Positions 12,375 through 26,262 of a DNA stretch of 64,000 nt are shown here, in pieces. The notes below the pieces were generated by a model. It did no database searches and was not told the origin of the DNA. It was given only the letters and a program-made list of their open reading frames with translations. Origin of the DNA: Rhizodiscina lignyota (lineage: Eukaryota); assembly GCA_010015805.1 (NCBI GenBank), contig ML978123.1, positions 2,108,001-2,172,000 on the forward strand, given 5' to 3'. A program made the translations under genes and the position numbers. The first letter of the stretch is position 1. Every line of letters begins with the position of its first letter.

Positions 12375-13120
12375 TCTTTTCAGGGGATTCCCTCCTCGCT
12401 TTTGACCCGGCTCCTTCATGAGCGCGACACCAAGTCTGCGTTCATGATATCCATCATGTCACCACCTCAATCTGCGGAATACGCTTCCTCCGACAGTCGT
12501 GGGCTATCCGCACGCATGTTCAAGTCATGATGCTTTCGCGACTACAGAGTCAGGCTCATCAACAGCGCACGGTGGCACAAGTCAGTGCTCGCATTCGGCG
12601 ATGCGATCACTCATTTCTATCCAAACTTATACATTAACTGACGTCGATTTGATATGCTGCAGCAAACATACATGTATGGCTCTCTGTTTTCTTAGCACTT
12701 CGTTTTGCAGTCATGACAGCGCTTTTCTTTTTCTTTCAATAGATACCCAATAATTCAAAGAAGTCATAGATCTTTATCACAACTTCAGATTGGAAGAGAA
12801 ACCTTGTGCAAGGGATTATGTGTTTTCTGCACCGCCAATTCCCGACATTCGCTCACACGACAAGAAATTACTCTCAACATGAGAAGTAAGGTTGAGACAT
12901 GCTGGCGCTATGGGATGATGAGAGTAATTCATCATCCTGATTGAGGAGAGCCATTGATAGAACGTCCTAGCTACTTCATTGTACATAGATGTGCAAGCTG
13001 GAAGTTGAAAGCCTGCTGTCGTTAACCGTTGCCGAAGTAGAACTGTTCCAATTCAAGTACACCATCTAGCCAGCCGAACACAAGACGAATTCCAGTTGCA
13101 ATGAACCGATAGTGCAGCAC

Positions 13121-13483
13121 CTAGACGAGCGACACATTCTTCAGTCGCCTTGCAGCCAAAACGGCCACGGTACCAATCCCCACCAGCAGAGCATCCATGC
13201 TCCATTCCTTTCCAGCTTTAACTTGCATCGTGAGTCCGATGATCAGAAACGCCGTCGAGGCCACAGCGGCAGGCAGCCGCGTGTGTCGAGGGATCAATAG
13301 CAACGCTAACGTGAGGTCCATCATTGGGATAATTGCTGCCACCTGAGTTCCGTCGTCCACCCTGTGGCTTTCCTGGAAGGCGAACCACCATGGCGTGTAC
13401 TTGCCGTGAGTGAAGCGGGAGAAGGAGCTGAGGAAACCGACGCCGCACAGAGCGAAGATGGGAGCCTTGTCTGCGAGTGACAT
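13121..13483 (-). CDS. Small 4-TM membrane protein, DoxX-like (120 aa)
   Basis: Intronless ORF from ATG 13483, MSLADKAPIFALCGVGFLSSFSRFTHGKYTP..., with four hydrophobic segments. The family label is tentative. Confidence 0.6.
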   Translation of the reverse strand: MSLADKAPIFALCGVGFLSSFSRFTHGKYTPWWFAFQESHRVDDGTQVAAIIPMMDLTLALLLIPRHTRLPAAVASTAFLIIGLTMQVKAGKEWSMDALLVGIGTVAVLAARRLKNVSLV

Positions 13484-14255
13484 GTTGGATTCAGGGGGTA
13501 GGAGGGAAGTGAGAAGTTGATATGTACTGCCAGTCTCTTGGAACGAAAACTGATGACGGTCTTGACTTGTGAACACTATAAGCTTCTACATTCCTTGAAG
13601 CATAAATGGACCTTCGGACACAAAGCTCAGTTCGTGATGTTATGGGCTAGCGTCAATATGGGTAATGCTGGGTTCTAATCGGCGAGATTGTCCGCCGAAT
13701 GTGAAGACAAGCAGCCTGAGCGGAGACATTTGAAAAGAGAGTGCAATGATTCAATGCTGCTCTGACTGTTGTATGATCCTTATTGCGTTCCAACTATTGT
13801 TGTGCTGTGGTCAGATTCGTGCGCAGAACGGAATATGTATCATGCACTTGTGAAACAACACGTGCTCAAATCTCAGATATGCAGTGAATTTAGGCCAATC
13901 AGAAGGCAGGAAAGGCTCACAAACAGTGATCTGAAACTTATATTCAAGAATTGAAAGGGCATGAGGCTAAAAAAACTGGCTGAATATCTGTGTTGTTCGA
14001 TAACTGGCTGCGCGATCATTCGCGATATTTTTTGCGAAATGCTACCCTAACCTTCACGCGCTAATCCTAAAACGGCAAAAGAACCCAAGCATTGAAATGC
14101 AAGCACTGAAATTCCACCATAGTGCTCATCAACTACCGTTTCCTGGCTTACCTGATCAGCTTGCACCCTTTCTTTCATTACATCACTAGATAGAAGCATG
14201 TTACCGTGCACTTTGAAAATCAACGTGAACAGAAGACTTCTTCCACCCCTTTAAC

Positions 14256-14997
14256 ATGGCGAAAGCTCTACATCCTGCTTGCGTGCTTGGTGGCTGTATA
14301 TGTGAGAAGATCCGTTTTCGAATCGATATTCCTGAATCTGCAGTTTGGCCGCCTTCATTCGTACGTGCAGTGACCCCGCTTAGCAGTTCCCACTCTCAAA
14401 CCCACTGTATCTATCGTTACGTTTAATGTCATGAGTGCCTCTACTCCTCCATTCTGTCTAATCTCGCTCATATAGAGACCAACGTGTCAATGCACAGACT
14501 GCCGCAAACACACTGGCTCGCTTCTCCCGCAAGCCATAGAGGTTCCCACATCATGGATCCACCCGTCTTTTCATCTCAATGAGGCGTTCATGACATATTC
14601 GCTCCCAGGCTCGAGCTGTATGCGAGGATTCTGCAGAGATTGTGGATCATCGCTGTGCTTCCTGTCGCCCGAAGGACGAGACGGCAAGAGCAAGGATGAG
14701 ACGTACCTATGGGTTGGATGCTTGGATGAAGACTTCCTCTCTGGGAAGAGAATTGGGGAGTCTGAGGCGGTTGAGCATTCAACGAAGTCCAAGGATGGCG
14801 CTACAAACACCGGTGTGAAGGGTACTGTTATGGTGGGCCCGATTCTTCGAGACGTCGAGAGTAGAGAGTGGGGACAACGTCTGTGCCGGCCAACTAGTAA
14901 TATCTTTTGTCTAAATGAGATCGAGGGTGTGACAGACAGTGTAAAGGGAGAGAAGTTCTGGCGTGAGAGAGGCGGCAAAAGGCAGGCGAAGATATAG
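14256..14997 (+). CDS. GFA / Mss4-like (CENP-V) zinc-binding protein; intron 14361-14475
   Basis: The spliced product carries the GFA Cys pattern GGCICEKIRF...TCQCTDCRKHTGS...RGFCRDCGSSL. Confidence 0.85.
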
Positions 14998-15513
14998 CGC
15001 ACAGTGTATATGGCTGAGGAATGACAGTGGTGTATCACATGACGACAGTGAGTTGCGCCGAGTCTCGCAAAATCTTCGATACAAGTATTTGATGGTCAAA
15101 GCCTGGCGGTTGAGCTCTATTAGTCTTTGAAGGTTGAAAGTTCTACGGTATGACATGTACGGTATACGATATTCGCAACGTCTTGTCACCAAGCTGAAGT
15201 TGAAAGAAAATGAACCCCATCTCCTCCCACTAGCTGAAGTCACGCTTGCATGGCATGCAGAGATCGAGTTGGCTTCGTAGGAGTTGTTGAAAGTCCTCCA
15301 TATAACAAAACGCCAACATGCAAATGGTGGTATCATGCGCCGATCGTGACATTCATCAGACTCTCGTCTTTTTAAGATCCATGAGTCTATGTTGAATATG
15401 CTGAACAACAGAATCGCTTCTTTTGTGAGCACCGCCCTAACGCCGGATTAGATATGCTGAGAAATTCTTGGTCGAAGAATTCAGAACGTTCAAAGAGTCC
15501 TGGATAGGATCTC

Positions 15514-16896
15514 TTAGAACTTCAACGTCAGAGGCTTCTCCCATGAGAAGCTCTGGTTTGTGAAGTGTCCGTTCTTGGCCGTCTTGTTGTAGATTGGCTT
15601 CGCGAGGTCGAGTTCTTTGACGATGACACCGGGTCTCATGTCGAAGTTCTTCTTGACAATCTCAACCAGCTCATCGCTTGTCTTGTCGCTAGTTCCGTAT
15701 GTTTCGATGAATAAGCTAAGTGGCTCGGCGACACCAATAGCGTAGGAAAGCTGTACTAGCACACGTCGAGCGAGCTTGGCATGCACGATAGACTTTGCAA
15801 TCCAGCGCGCGAGATAAGCAGCTGAACGATCAACTTTGCTGTAGTCCTTGCCAGAGAAAGCACCACCACCATGGGCGCCCCAGCCACCGTAGGTATCGAC
15901 AATGATTTTGCGGCCCGTGAGACCAGCATCGCCTTGAGGGCCACCAATGATGAAAAGACCAGATGGTTGGATCTGAGACTCGTCAGTATAGTGACGGAGA
16001 ATGCCGACTGAAACTCCGCATTTAAAGTTGACTCACGTGGTAGACTGTGCGGTCATCGAGATATTTTGCAGGAATGACCTTCTTGATGATCTTCTCCTTG
16101 ATCTCCTTCCTCAGCTCCTCGGTGCCGATGCTCTCAGCATGCTGCGCGGAAACTACGACAGTGTCAACTCGCAATGGGACGACAGCTCCACCGTCATGCT
16201 TGTATTCCACGGTGACTTGCGTCTTGGTGTCTGGCCTCAACCAGGGCAACGTGCCATCCCTTCTCGCCTCCGCCATCGCCGCATTCAGTTGGTGTGCCAG
16301 TTGAATGGTTAGCGGCAGATATTCCGGAGTCTCATCCGTCGCATAGCCAAACATTATACCCTGGTCACCGGCACCAAGCTTCTCCAGCGCTTCGTCATAG
16401 TGCAGACCTTGTGCAATGTCTGGAGACTGCTGTTCGATGGCCACGAGGACGTTGCAGGTCTTGTAGTCGAACCCCTTCGCGCTGTCATCGTATCCGATGT
16501 CTTTGATGGCGTTTCGAATGACCTTTTGGTAGTCGAGGTGTGCCTTGGTGGTAATTTCACCAAACACCATAATCATGCCGGTCTTGGTCGCCGTCTCACA
16601 GGCGACCTTGGAGAGCGGGTCTTCGGCGAGGCAGGCATCGAGGATCGCGTCGGAAACTTGGTCGCTGTGTGATTGTCTCTCATGTTAGTATGAGGACCCA
16701 TGACTTGAGGTTAGAAGGGATAAGTAGCCTTCAAACCCCCATGGAAAAAGATTTCCACATACGCAATTTTGCTATAAAAGGTTAGCCAATTGATGAAACA
16801 TGAGTTCAAAGATAAAGTCTACTCAGGATGGCCCTCTCCTACGCTCTCGGAGGTGAACAGGAAAGTCCCCGCCTCACCAGTTCCATTTGCGACCAT
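15514..16896 (-). CDS. SAM2: S-adenosylmethionine synthetase; 3 introns including a 9-nt micro-exon (16763-16771)
   Basis: [79 protein letters not shown]. Confidence 0.97.
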
Positions 16897-17364
16897 ATTG
16901 AATGGGATACCGCGGGGTAAGATTATGAGGGTCTGGTATTAAAGTTGGGGAGGAGATGCAGGGACAAGCGAGAGAAAGCCCAATTGAGATCGCGATGGGA
17001 AGATGTGCGGGAATTGGTCGGCGATGGATGGAAAGGCAGAGAGTCGAAGAGGAGGAGGTTGACGCTGGTCGGATGAGAGGTGGCCGGTGGTTTTCAGAAA
17101 ATTGCGATGCCGGCAATTCGAGCTGTGTCTACCTTGGGGGGGAGCACGCAAGAACTTCCAGCCAATAGAATGAGGTTCCTCCGTCTTCGGCGCTTTTCTG
17201 ACACTCCCATCTTTTCATGAGGGAACTTCAGCGTAGCAAGCGCCAAAACTATCCTTCACCTTCAACTCAACCCGACGTAAAACTGCCTCGACACCCACAG
17301 GCGCAAGGTATGTCTATCATATCACGAAGGGTAGCTCGATGACAAGAGGCTGTTATACACCAAC

Positions 17365-18309
17365 ATGTCGAAATTCGGCGTCATCGTCCTCGGCCCTGCC
17401 GGCGCAGGAAAGACGACATTCTGCTCCTCACTGATCCAAAACCTACGAAACAATAAACGATCATGTTTCTACATTAACCTCGACCCTGCGGCCGAAGACT
17501 TCGTCTACGAGCCAGATATCGACATCAAAGACCTCATCTCCCTCTCCGATGTCATGGAAGAAATGTCCCTCGGTCCCAACGGTGGCCTGATATACTGCTT
17601 CGAGTTCTTGCTCGAGAACATGGATTTCCTGACAGAGCCGCTCGAGGAGATCACTGAGGAGTATCTGATCGTCATCGACATGCCGGGGCAAATCGAGCTG
17701 TACACACACATTCCGATCCTACCTGCGCTGGTGAAGGAGCTGGCAGGAGGAGCACTCAACGTGAGGATGTGCGCGGCGTACCTGCTCGAGGCGACCTTCA
17801 TCGCTGATCGGGCCAAATTCTTTGCTGGCACGCTGAGCGCGATGAGCGCGATGCTCATGCTCGAGATACCTCACGTGAACATACTGAGCAAGATGGACCT
17901 TGTGAAAGGCACAGTAGCACGAAGGGACTTGAAGAAGTTCCTAAACCCCGAGGCAGAGTTGTTGGATGACGACCCTGCTGCACCTAGGAGTAGAATTGCC
18001 TTCGAGCCTTCGGATGCCCTTGAAGTGGTCCCTGAGCAGGAACAAAAAGGGAATGCGGAGGACGACCCACTTGCGCCGAAGAATATGATGGGAGGAGCAT
18101 CCTTCCAGAGACTGAATCGCGCGGTTGCACAGCTCATTGATGACTTCAGCATGGTCCAATTCTTGCAGCTGGATGTCCAGGACGAAGACAGTGTTGGTGC
18201 TGTTCTGAGCTACATCGATGATGCAGTGCAGTACCACGAGGCGCAAGAACCGAAAGAGCCAACTTACGATCTTGATGAGGACATGGAGGACGATTACGGA
18301 GACGGGTGA
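17365..18309 (+). CDS. GPN3: GPN-loop GTPase 3
   Basis: [10 protein letters not shown]-loop, [39 protein letters not shown] and C-terminal [10 protein letters not shown]. Confidence 0.93.
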   Translation: MSKFGVIVLGPAGAGKTTFCSSLIQNLRNNKRSCFYINLDPAAEDFVYEPDIDIKDLISLSDVMEEMSLGPNGGLIYCFEFLLENMDFLTEPLEEITEEYLIVIDMPGQIELYTHIPILPALVKELAGGALNVRMCAAYLLEATFIADRAKFFAGTLSAMSAMLMLEIPHVNILSKMDLVKGTVARRDLKKFLNPEAELLDDDPAAPRSRIAFEPSDALEVVPEQEQKGNAEDDPLAPKNMMGGASFQRLNRAVAQLIDDFSMVQFLQLDVQDEDSVGAVLSYIDDAVQYHEAQEPKEPTYDLDEDMEDDYGDG

Positions 18310-18747
18310 GCTGTGGACATGAGTAAGGGAATGCACAGCAAACCGACGGATTGCAGCTCTTAACATCTACGGCAGATGTTAGACAACCGCGCCGCATTGC
18401 TCCACTTGTCCTCTTTTACACATCACAAGTCTCGTCTTACTAGAAACTCAAGACTACGCGAGAGAAAGGTCTGGCCTGGGTGCGTTAAACCCCTCGTTGC
18501 ACGACGTGCTCTATGCGAGCCATGGCACTCCAGGTGAACGACGAACAAGAGACAGTGGACGGCAGAATCGCTTTTATTTTTGGGCTGATTGCTACCTGGG
18601 ATGCCTAACCAAGGTATCTTGCCGTGCAGTTTAGATGCCACCAAACTGCAATAATCCTTTAGTGCCACTAAATATCAAAAAATAGATGCCACTATTCCAA
18701 TGGCATCACCCGCATGTGAAAAGCCGTTATATCTGAAGAAAACTAAC

Positions 18748-20594
18748 TCAATGATCCAAACGGCACTGTGTGCCATTCTGAAGGCAGAACGGCATCTGGA
18801 TCGGCTCTGCCCCAACTCCACTAGCAACCAGTCTCTCCCTCATATCGCTCAGGCGGGGGCTCGCCTCAACTTGGCTGCGGTTCTGTCCGTGTGCATCTTT
18901 GGCACCGCTCCAAAGCACTTCGGCCGCAGCACATGCGCGTGGCCAAACCATCTTATCGAGATTGACAGGGTCCGTTTGCTCGGCCCAAGCGTGCACCTCT
19001 CCACCCAAGACTAGGTGAGTGCTGTTGGCAGGTACACCTTCAAGCGGATCGTAGTCGTACATTACGCGCCAGTTGTGCCTAGGCGAGCAGTAGTCTTGGT
19101 ACGGCCAATATCCGGCGGCGGCGTCGGGGGTGAAATCGAGCCATTGGCCCTGGCCACAGTCGAGATACTTTAAAAAGCTTGTCAGCGCCGCTACCCTGCC
19201 ATTTAAGTTTTTATGCACCTACCCAGTATTCATAGTTGCCCACAAGTGCCTTGTGGCCCTTTGCGACAGTCTGTGCAACCGCCTCGTCGCTTTGCCACGT
19301 TTGTACGACAACGTCGCTACCCAGTTTGAGGCCCCACTGCAGAAGCATCTCCTCCCATACTATGGGTGTCAACCCCATCTTGCGGACCTGGTCGTGGTTG
19401 CGATCGACGAATTTCTGCAGCAGCGGCGTCAGGACGTCGGTATCGTTGCTCTTCACTGTGTCATCGAGCAAATAAGCCTGCGCGTTCAACTCGTCTCCGC
19501 CGGTGTGAAAGTACGAGGTGTACGGCCTCACGCGCGGCAGGAGGTCATCAAGCAGCTTTTCCAGGAACGCGGGCACCGCAGAGTCGTTGAGCTTGAGCGT
19601 GCCGCAGGGCGGCTCGGCGCAGTACGTGTCCCAGTCTGGCTGCACATTGAATGCCGCAATGAGGTCCGGATGCGAGAACCAGATGGCGGAGGTGTGGCCG
19701 GGCATGTCAATTTCTACGTATACCTCCACGCCCTGCAGTGCACCGTAGTACTGCAGCTCCTTAAGTTGGCTCGCAGTGTAAGTGAGAGACGACTCGTACG
19801 CGCCCTTGGCAGCGAGCTCGGGCATTGAGGGAATATCAAGTGGCCAGGACTGCGCGTCTGTAGCGTGAAGATGAAGGCGATTGAACTTGTTGAAGGCGAG
19901 GGCATCGATCTGGCGCTTGATATCCGACACGGGGAAGTAGTTACGTGACAGGTCCATGTTCATGCCACGGTGCACGAACTTTGGCGAATCGCTAATATCA
20001 ACTGGCGCGAGGTTCGTGTAGCTTCCACCCTGGGAGTGTTTGAAGAAGAGCTGAGTGAAAGTAGTCAGACCGCGAACGAGACCGATCGAAGTGGCCGCAG
20101 AGCAAATGACTTCGCCAGACTCGGAAACGGAGAGCTTGTAGGATTCATCGACTGCTCCATCCAATGGCTTGGTGACATTGACAGGATCCGGCTTCGTCTG
20201 CTTCAGCTCAATTGACGATATGTATTTCTTTCCGCTCGTGGATGGCTCGTAATCAGAATTTCTCGGGTGGAACTTCCATGGTACGAAAGTCTTTGAGAAT
20301 ACCGCGTCATGAGTTCTCTGAATGGCTGCTTGTATTATCTGTGATCCTTGGGGTGCTCCGCCCGATTGATATCCTGACTGCAGATATTCGTTAGTATGTG
20401 TATGATTTGTGTTTTAAAGTTTTGGGACCAAATGATTGAAACAACCAAACACATACGCTTTTCACTCCACTGTAGTTGACCTTGACATTTTTGTCGATCC
20501 ATAACACCGTGTCGCCGTGGGTGTAGCTTGAAGGCAATGGCCAGAGCGCGGAGACAAGGGCTGCGCAAAGCGTGGCGGGCAGTAAGAGCCTCAT
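18748..20594 (-). CDS. Secreted beta-N-acetylhexosaminidase (GH20); 2 introns
   Basis: Signal peptide MRLLLPATLCAALVSA|LWPLP, HRGMNMDLSRNY, LHLHATDAQSWPL, EIDMPGH, catalytic HTGGDE, YLDCG and WPRACAAAE. Confidence 0.95.
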
Positions 20595-21582
20595 CTTGAT
20601 GCGCAATTTGTGGATGCCGGATAGGAGGTAGACAGAAGGTTCAACTGAAAGCAATATACTTTTAAAGTAAATTGCGATTTCCGTGTTTTAGTGCAGCTGC
20701 TTAAAAAAGAACGTGCCTGAAGCTCCTGAGCATGGGTGAAGTAGGAAATTAACGACTGAGCCACGCTTATGGACTGTGTTCACTAGGCGTGTTCGGTGAT
20801 TAAGCATAAGCTCCTCTAACAATTCCAGCACTTTCGCCCCCTCCGAGGAAGTGGATTAGGAAAGAGGAGAGAAGCGTCCGTGAGGCTGCGAACCAAGTTT
20901 ACTTTTATGTGGGGAGCTCCAGCTGCTGAGCTGGTGCTCGGGGACTTGTGAGGAGCCGGTGGAGTGGACAAGGCGACGATCTTCTCATGTTTGACCTACC
21001 TGCAGCTTTTGGACCTGCGGATGGAGAATGGAGGTCTCATGCAAGGTAACGAAGTTGGGTTCCACGGCAGCGTGCTGCTATTTTCTGGCGAGTCGCAATA
21101 CGAAGCATTGTAGCTATCGTGGAGTGGGGAAGCTTGAATGCAGAATGCGGTCCGCAACCTCACCGTGCTTCGACGTCACAGGGGTACGTCGTCAATGCAA
21201 CGTCGGCAGAAAGGCCATCATCCCGAGCTGTTCACTGAATTCGATTCAAGTGCAGTCCTCCGTACCTAGGTAGCATCGTCACCTTGCAACCATACACACT
21301 TTCGACCTTTGCAATTATCAGACGAACTGCTCTACCACTTTCCTTTCCAAGCCAGCAGCCACACGATATGGGCCATTTGGTTATCGGTAGTCAAAACCTT
21401 GTCAAACAGTCCAGTTCGGATCTCACTTCATGAATGCGATAAAGGACACCAGACATCAGTACCTCATATCGTATCTTCTATTGGTCATCAATCGTCAATC
21501 ATAATTATGAGACATGTCCCGTCCATCCGAGAAATAGTTCCAAGTCACCCCGCTATGCAATCCAACCCAACCTTCTGAATCG

Positions 21583-23124
21583 CTAAAATAGTAATATCGA
21601 ACAACCACCAGTAGCAAGCATTGCTATTACCCAAGCCATTGCTAGCCCAAATGATGCTCCCGGATGCCGGAGCGCCGCCGCTGCAGACGATGATCCAGAC
21701 GCTGCAGCGGGAGCATCGGTTGGATCAGCCTCGTCTGCTTGCGCAGCGACCACATTCGCGGTAGACACCACGGGTCGCAGCGCAGGCGTCGGTGTTATCA
21801 GGAAGCCTTCAGTGTCATATGACTTCGACATGGTGTCCCAACCAGCCGGAACAGTCACGACGGTTTCGAAGCCTTGTTGATTGTATGTTGTGATTCGTTC
21901 ATACCCCCCAGAGGATGAGGGCAAAGCCTGCGCTGAGGCTTGCGGCGAAGAGGTAGATGGCACGGGCGGGGAGGTGGACTAGTAGATGAAAAGTCAGCAG
22001 TGTTCAGATAAACAAATAGTGGGAAATGAGGGATAGGGGAGGTTCTTACTCACAGGGGCCGAGGACGGCGGGATGACTTTTCCTGAGTCTGAGACCGTCC
22101 AGCCGCTGGGCAATCCAGGATAGTTGCTGTAGGTCGGAGATGCAGATGCAGAAAGCGTTGTCGCATACGGAACCCATGGGTAGACAGTTGGTGTAACCCA
22201 GGTGGAGGAAGGATCTTTGTGTGTCCCATCAAACGGTATTGGCTGCCCACTCGACGTAGAGGTCACAGCTGGAGCAGCAGTATCGACCGAAGTTCCGCCT
22301 CCAGAGTTGACGCTTCCACCAACTGCCTGAATGTCCTGCCAATTCCCACTATTGCCGTTATAAACGTACGACGTTCCTGTGGAATAGTCGGCAGCCGTAA
22401 TGGACTTGACTTGCATTGTGAAAGGTCCCTGCGAGTAATCCGTAGGGCCACGGGCCCACTCGATAGTGCCTTCAGCGTTTGATGGATCACCTCCGCTCCA
22501 GGATCCAACTTTGATCTGGCACGGCGTTTGTGGGTACTGATTAGATTCAGCAGTGTCCGGAGTCAGAACTCGGACAGTCTGTCCGTTAATCTGCCACACG
22601 ATCTGATCTGCTGTCCACTCGATGGTGTATGTGATGAAGTCGGCTTGGTTGTTTGGGTCAGAGTGAAATGCTCCGCGGTTGTAGGTGACTGTTTGACCCT
22701 TGCCAAAGTAGTTGCTCTGGACTTCGGAATCATCAGCACCAAGCCATTCCCAGTCAATCTCATCGAGATCGTCAGATTGTAGGATAAAGCTGCTGACGAT
22801 ACCCGCGCCTGGTGCCGCTTTCAGTACGACGTCGACTTTGCCGAACATGAGGTACCATTTCGATGTGAGTTGAGGTGCGTCGCCGGATTTTGCAACTGTA
22901 AATGAGACGCCATTCGAATCATACGTCGGACTGCCCTGAGGTGTGAAACTGTCGGATTGACCTTGCGTAAAGTCGATGGTGACGGTCTTGCCTAACGCAG
23001 AGTCTGCGGGACAGCCACTCTGGGTGAGAGGATTGCAGTTGCTGTATGTCTGCGCTGCGGTCGATGTGAGGAGGAGTGCGATGGTGGATAGAACGCTCCA
23101 GGAGGAAGATCGTGAATGCTTCAT
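21583..23124 (-). CDS. GH16 CRH/Crf1-family chitin-glucan transglycosylase, probably GPI-anchored; intron 21979-22053
   Basis: Signal peptide, CNPL..CP..ALG, catalytic DLDEIDWEWLG, YPQTP, an S/T-rich region and a hydrophobic C-terminal GPI-type signal in exon 2. Confidence 0.92.
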
Positions 23125-23792
23125 GGTGATATCAATATGAACAAGAATGAATAACAAGAGAGACACTCCACGACCCCAATTCTCAACAACCAGCTTCCCC
23201 GTTCTAGGCTTTACAAAGAGCAAGGGCTCGAGCAGACTAATTAATCGGCAAACACTTGCTGAAGGCCAAGACCAGAGTTAGTGAGATGGAGAGGTTAGCA
23301 ACGGGAAGGTGCAGCTCGTGGATATTTGAAGGAGCTTTTCACGCTCCAGCCATCGCGAATTGGACAATGAAAATCCATACGTCAAGCGCGTCCAATGCGC
23401 ATGGATGGAGGCCGGAGCTTAGAGGCTTGACCCTGCATGCGGCTGGGTGTGTTACGTGGCATGGCAAATGTTGCGTTGCTGGTTCGTCCGCAATTCAGAA
23501 GGTTGGTTGAGACGATAAAAGAGGCTGGTGTCGTGTTGTCTTTGAGGCTGGCAGGGGAACGGGGCGAATTGCCGGGGTTCTCCCGGGGCCTAGTCCTAGC
23601 TGGTGCTAGCGTATCTTCTAACCGCACAGACCTCATGGAACCTTGACTTAGAAAATCGGGAGAACAGTCATGACTCCGCAAATGGAAAATGTAAATGCCA
23701 AGGCACAATCCATTGAACGTTATATCACGTCGTCTGCCCAAAATAATATACTGCTATCTTAGGGATAACCAATTCTCCAATTTCTCTAGGCC

Positions 23793-25384
23793 ATGTCCCT
23801 GAACAACGCATCTGCTGAAGAAGCTGCGACGGCAGCGCAGCTTGCTTCTCGCAGACTCGCCGTCCTCTCGGAGGAGGAGAGAAATGAAGGACTAATCGCC
23901 ATACATGATGCGCTGGCTTCTCACATGTCCGATATTCTTGCGGCAAATAAGCAAGATATGGCTGTGGCAAACGAAGCAGCGCAAGCAGGGACACTAAGCC
24001 AAAGCTTGGTGAAGAGGCTGGACCTCTCGCGCCCAGGAAAATATGAGGATATGTTACAGGGGATTATGCAAGTGAAAGATCTTCCTGATCCTCGTACGTC
24101 TTTCCTCTAGATATTTTACATCTTTACCATTCTCCTTCATGCATAGAAGCCTAATTTTTTGAATGCAGTGGGCATCGTGGCATCACGCACGCTACTCGAC
24201 GACGGTCTTCAGTTAGAAAGACGGTCTTGTCCGATTGGAGTACTTCTCATCATCTTCGAAGCGAGACCAGAAGTCATTGCAAACATCGCATCATTAGCCA
24301 TAAAATCCGGAAACGCGGCGATCCTGAAAGGTATGCTCGTTTTTAAGATAGTGATCTTACCAATGCATCTAACATGTCACCAGGCGGAAAAGAGTCGACA
24401 GAATCATTCAGAGCAATCGCAAAGGTCATTGCTAAGGCCTTAGAAAGTACTGCTGTCCCAAACGATGCTATTCAACTCGTTACGAGTCGAGCAGAAGTGC
24501 AACCTCTACTGCAACTGGACCGTTATGTCGATCTGGTTATTCCGAGGGGTGGCAACGAACTTGTACGGAGTATCAAAGCCTCTACTCAGATCCCAGTTTT
24601 AGGACATGCGGATGGCCTCTGCACAACGTATCTCCGCAATGACTGCGATCCAGCACTTGCTACGAGAGTCATAATAGATGCAAAATGCAGCTATGCTGCA
24701 GCATGCAATGCTCTAGAGACTTTACTTGTTGACGAAGAAGCAGTGAAACAAATTTTACCTGCTGTAGCAAAGGCTTTGTTGGAGAGAGATGTCACCCTTT
24801 TATGCGATGATTTTTCGAAGGCCTCTATAGTGGCTGAATTAGGGTCAAATCCGCTCATTCAAGACGTTGCCGACAAGGATTACAGCACAGAGTTTCTTGA
24901 TCTCAAGCTCGCTATCAAGACAATCCCGGCCAGCGATCCAGAAAAAGCTCTCGATTTCGCCATCACACACATCAATAAATATTCTTCGCATCACACAGAT
25001 GCCATCCTCACAGCTGACGAGAAAGCTGCACAGTACTTCATGGATGGCGTAGACAGTGCAGGCGTCTATTGGAATGCCAGCACAAGATTCGCAGATGGTC
25101 AGCGGTATGGCTTTGGCACGGAGGTTGGGATTAGTACGAACAAAATCCATGCTCGCGGTCCGGTTGGGCTTGAGGGCCTGACCATTTACAAATGGTTGAT
25201 ACGTGGCGATGGCCAGATATCTGGTGAGTATGGTGAAGGGAAGGCGAAACATTTCAAGCATCAGAAGCTTCCACTGGCTCCGGTCGATGACGAACGAGTA
25301 GCGAGAACGGAAGATGAGCTTGAGGTCCTTCGACAATTCCGCCTTCAGAAGCCCAAGCATACCAATGGCGTCAACGGCTATTGA
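23793..25384 (+). CDS. PRO2: Gamma-glutamyl phosphate reductase; 2 introns
   Basis: [80 protein letters not shown]. Confidence 0.96.
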
Positions 25385-26262
25385 TCTCCAAATTCGAGCA
25401 ATTCATCAAATGTGGAGTTCTGGCGCTCTGCAACAAATTCGGACCAAAAGTGTAAGCATATTAGCGGGTCACTGGAACTGTTAGACGATTATGATATGAA
25501 GTTAGTGAATATTCATTAAAAGTTGGTAATCGAAGGAAGCATCGCATATGCTAATGTAATACATGTACTGTCTTCCGAGGCAGTTGGACTGATATCAGAA
25601 ATGGTGTCAACTCTAGAAACCCCTCTTCTTCTCTACTCAGACGAGCGACCAGGTAATGCCTTCATTTCTTGGCACAATTCCCGCTTGAGTGTATAAGTGT
25701 GCATTTAAAATACAGCAGCCCCTCTTTTGCTGTCCCCATATTGGCTTTTGAAAGCTACTGTCGAAATAGTGGGCGCACATAGTACCATAGTCACTGATGT
25801 CTTGACACATAATTGTTGCTATGGTACAGCGATGATAATTATCGTGCATTGCCCTTTCGTCAATGAGATGGTGAGATTGCCCCATTTCGCATAATGCTCA
25901 GTCTAGTGCTGCTTTTGGCCCATGACATCTAGGGCTTCTTCCGTATTGATAAAAGCATTTCAATAACGATCCTCTGGACGATCTTCTCTTGTATGCCTTT
26001 GTCCATCATTGAATCAGTATTGACAATTGAGCTGGTAGGAGAATCTACCCATCCAGCAATGTACCGAAGTCCCACCAGTCTGCAGCACAATGAATGCTTC
26101 GCCTTCCACTACTATCGGAGCATGATACAACTTGTCACGCTGCGACCAGTCCTCCTGAAGCAGTCAACTGATTTGCTCAAGTGGGCAGTCGCACCAAAAA
26201 AGCATCTCGTGCGAAAGACGTATCCCAATTTATATACTCTTTGTTCGAACACCACCCTTATT

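Noticed and set aside
14044..14070. CCCTAA / CCTAA telomere-like words
   Set aside because: Isolated, not tandem; chance level.
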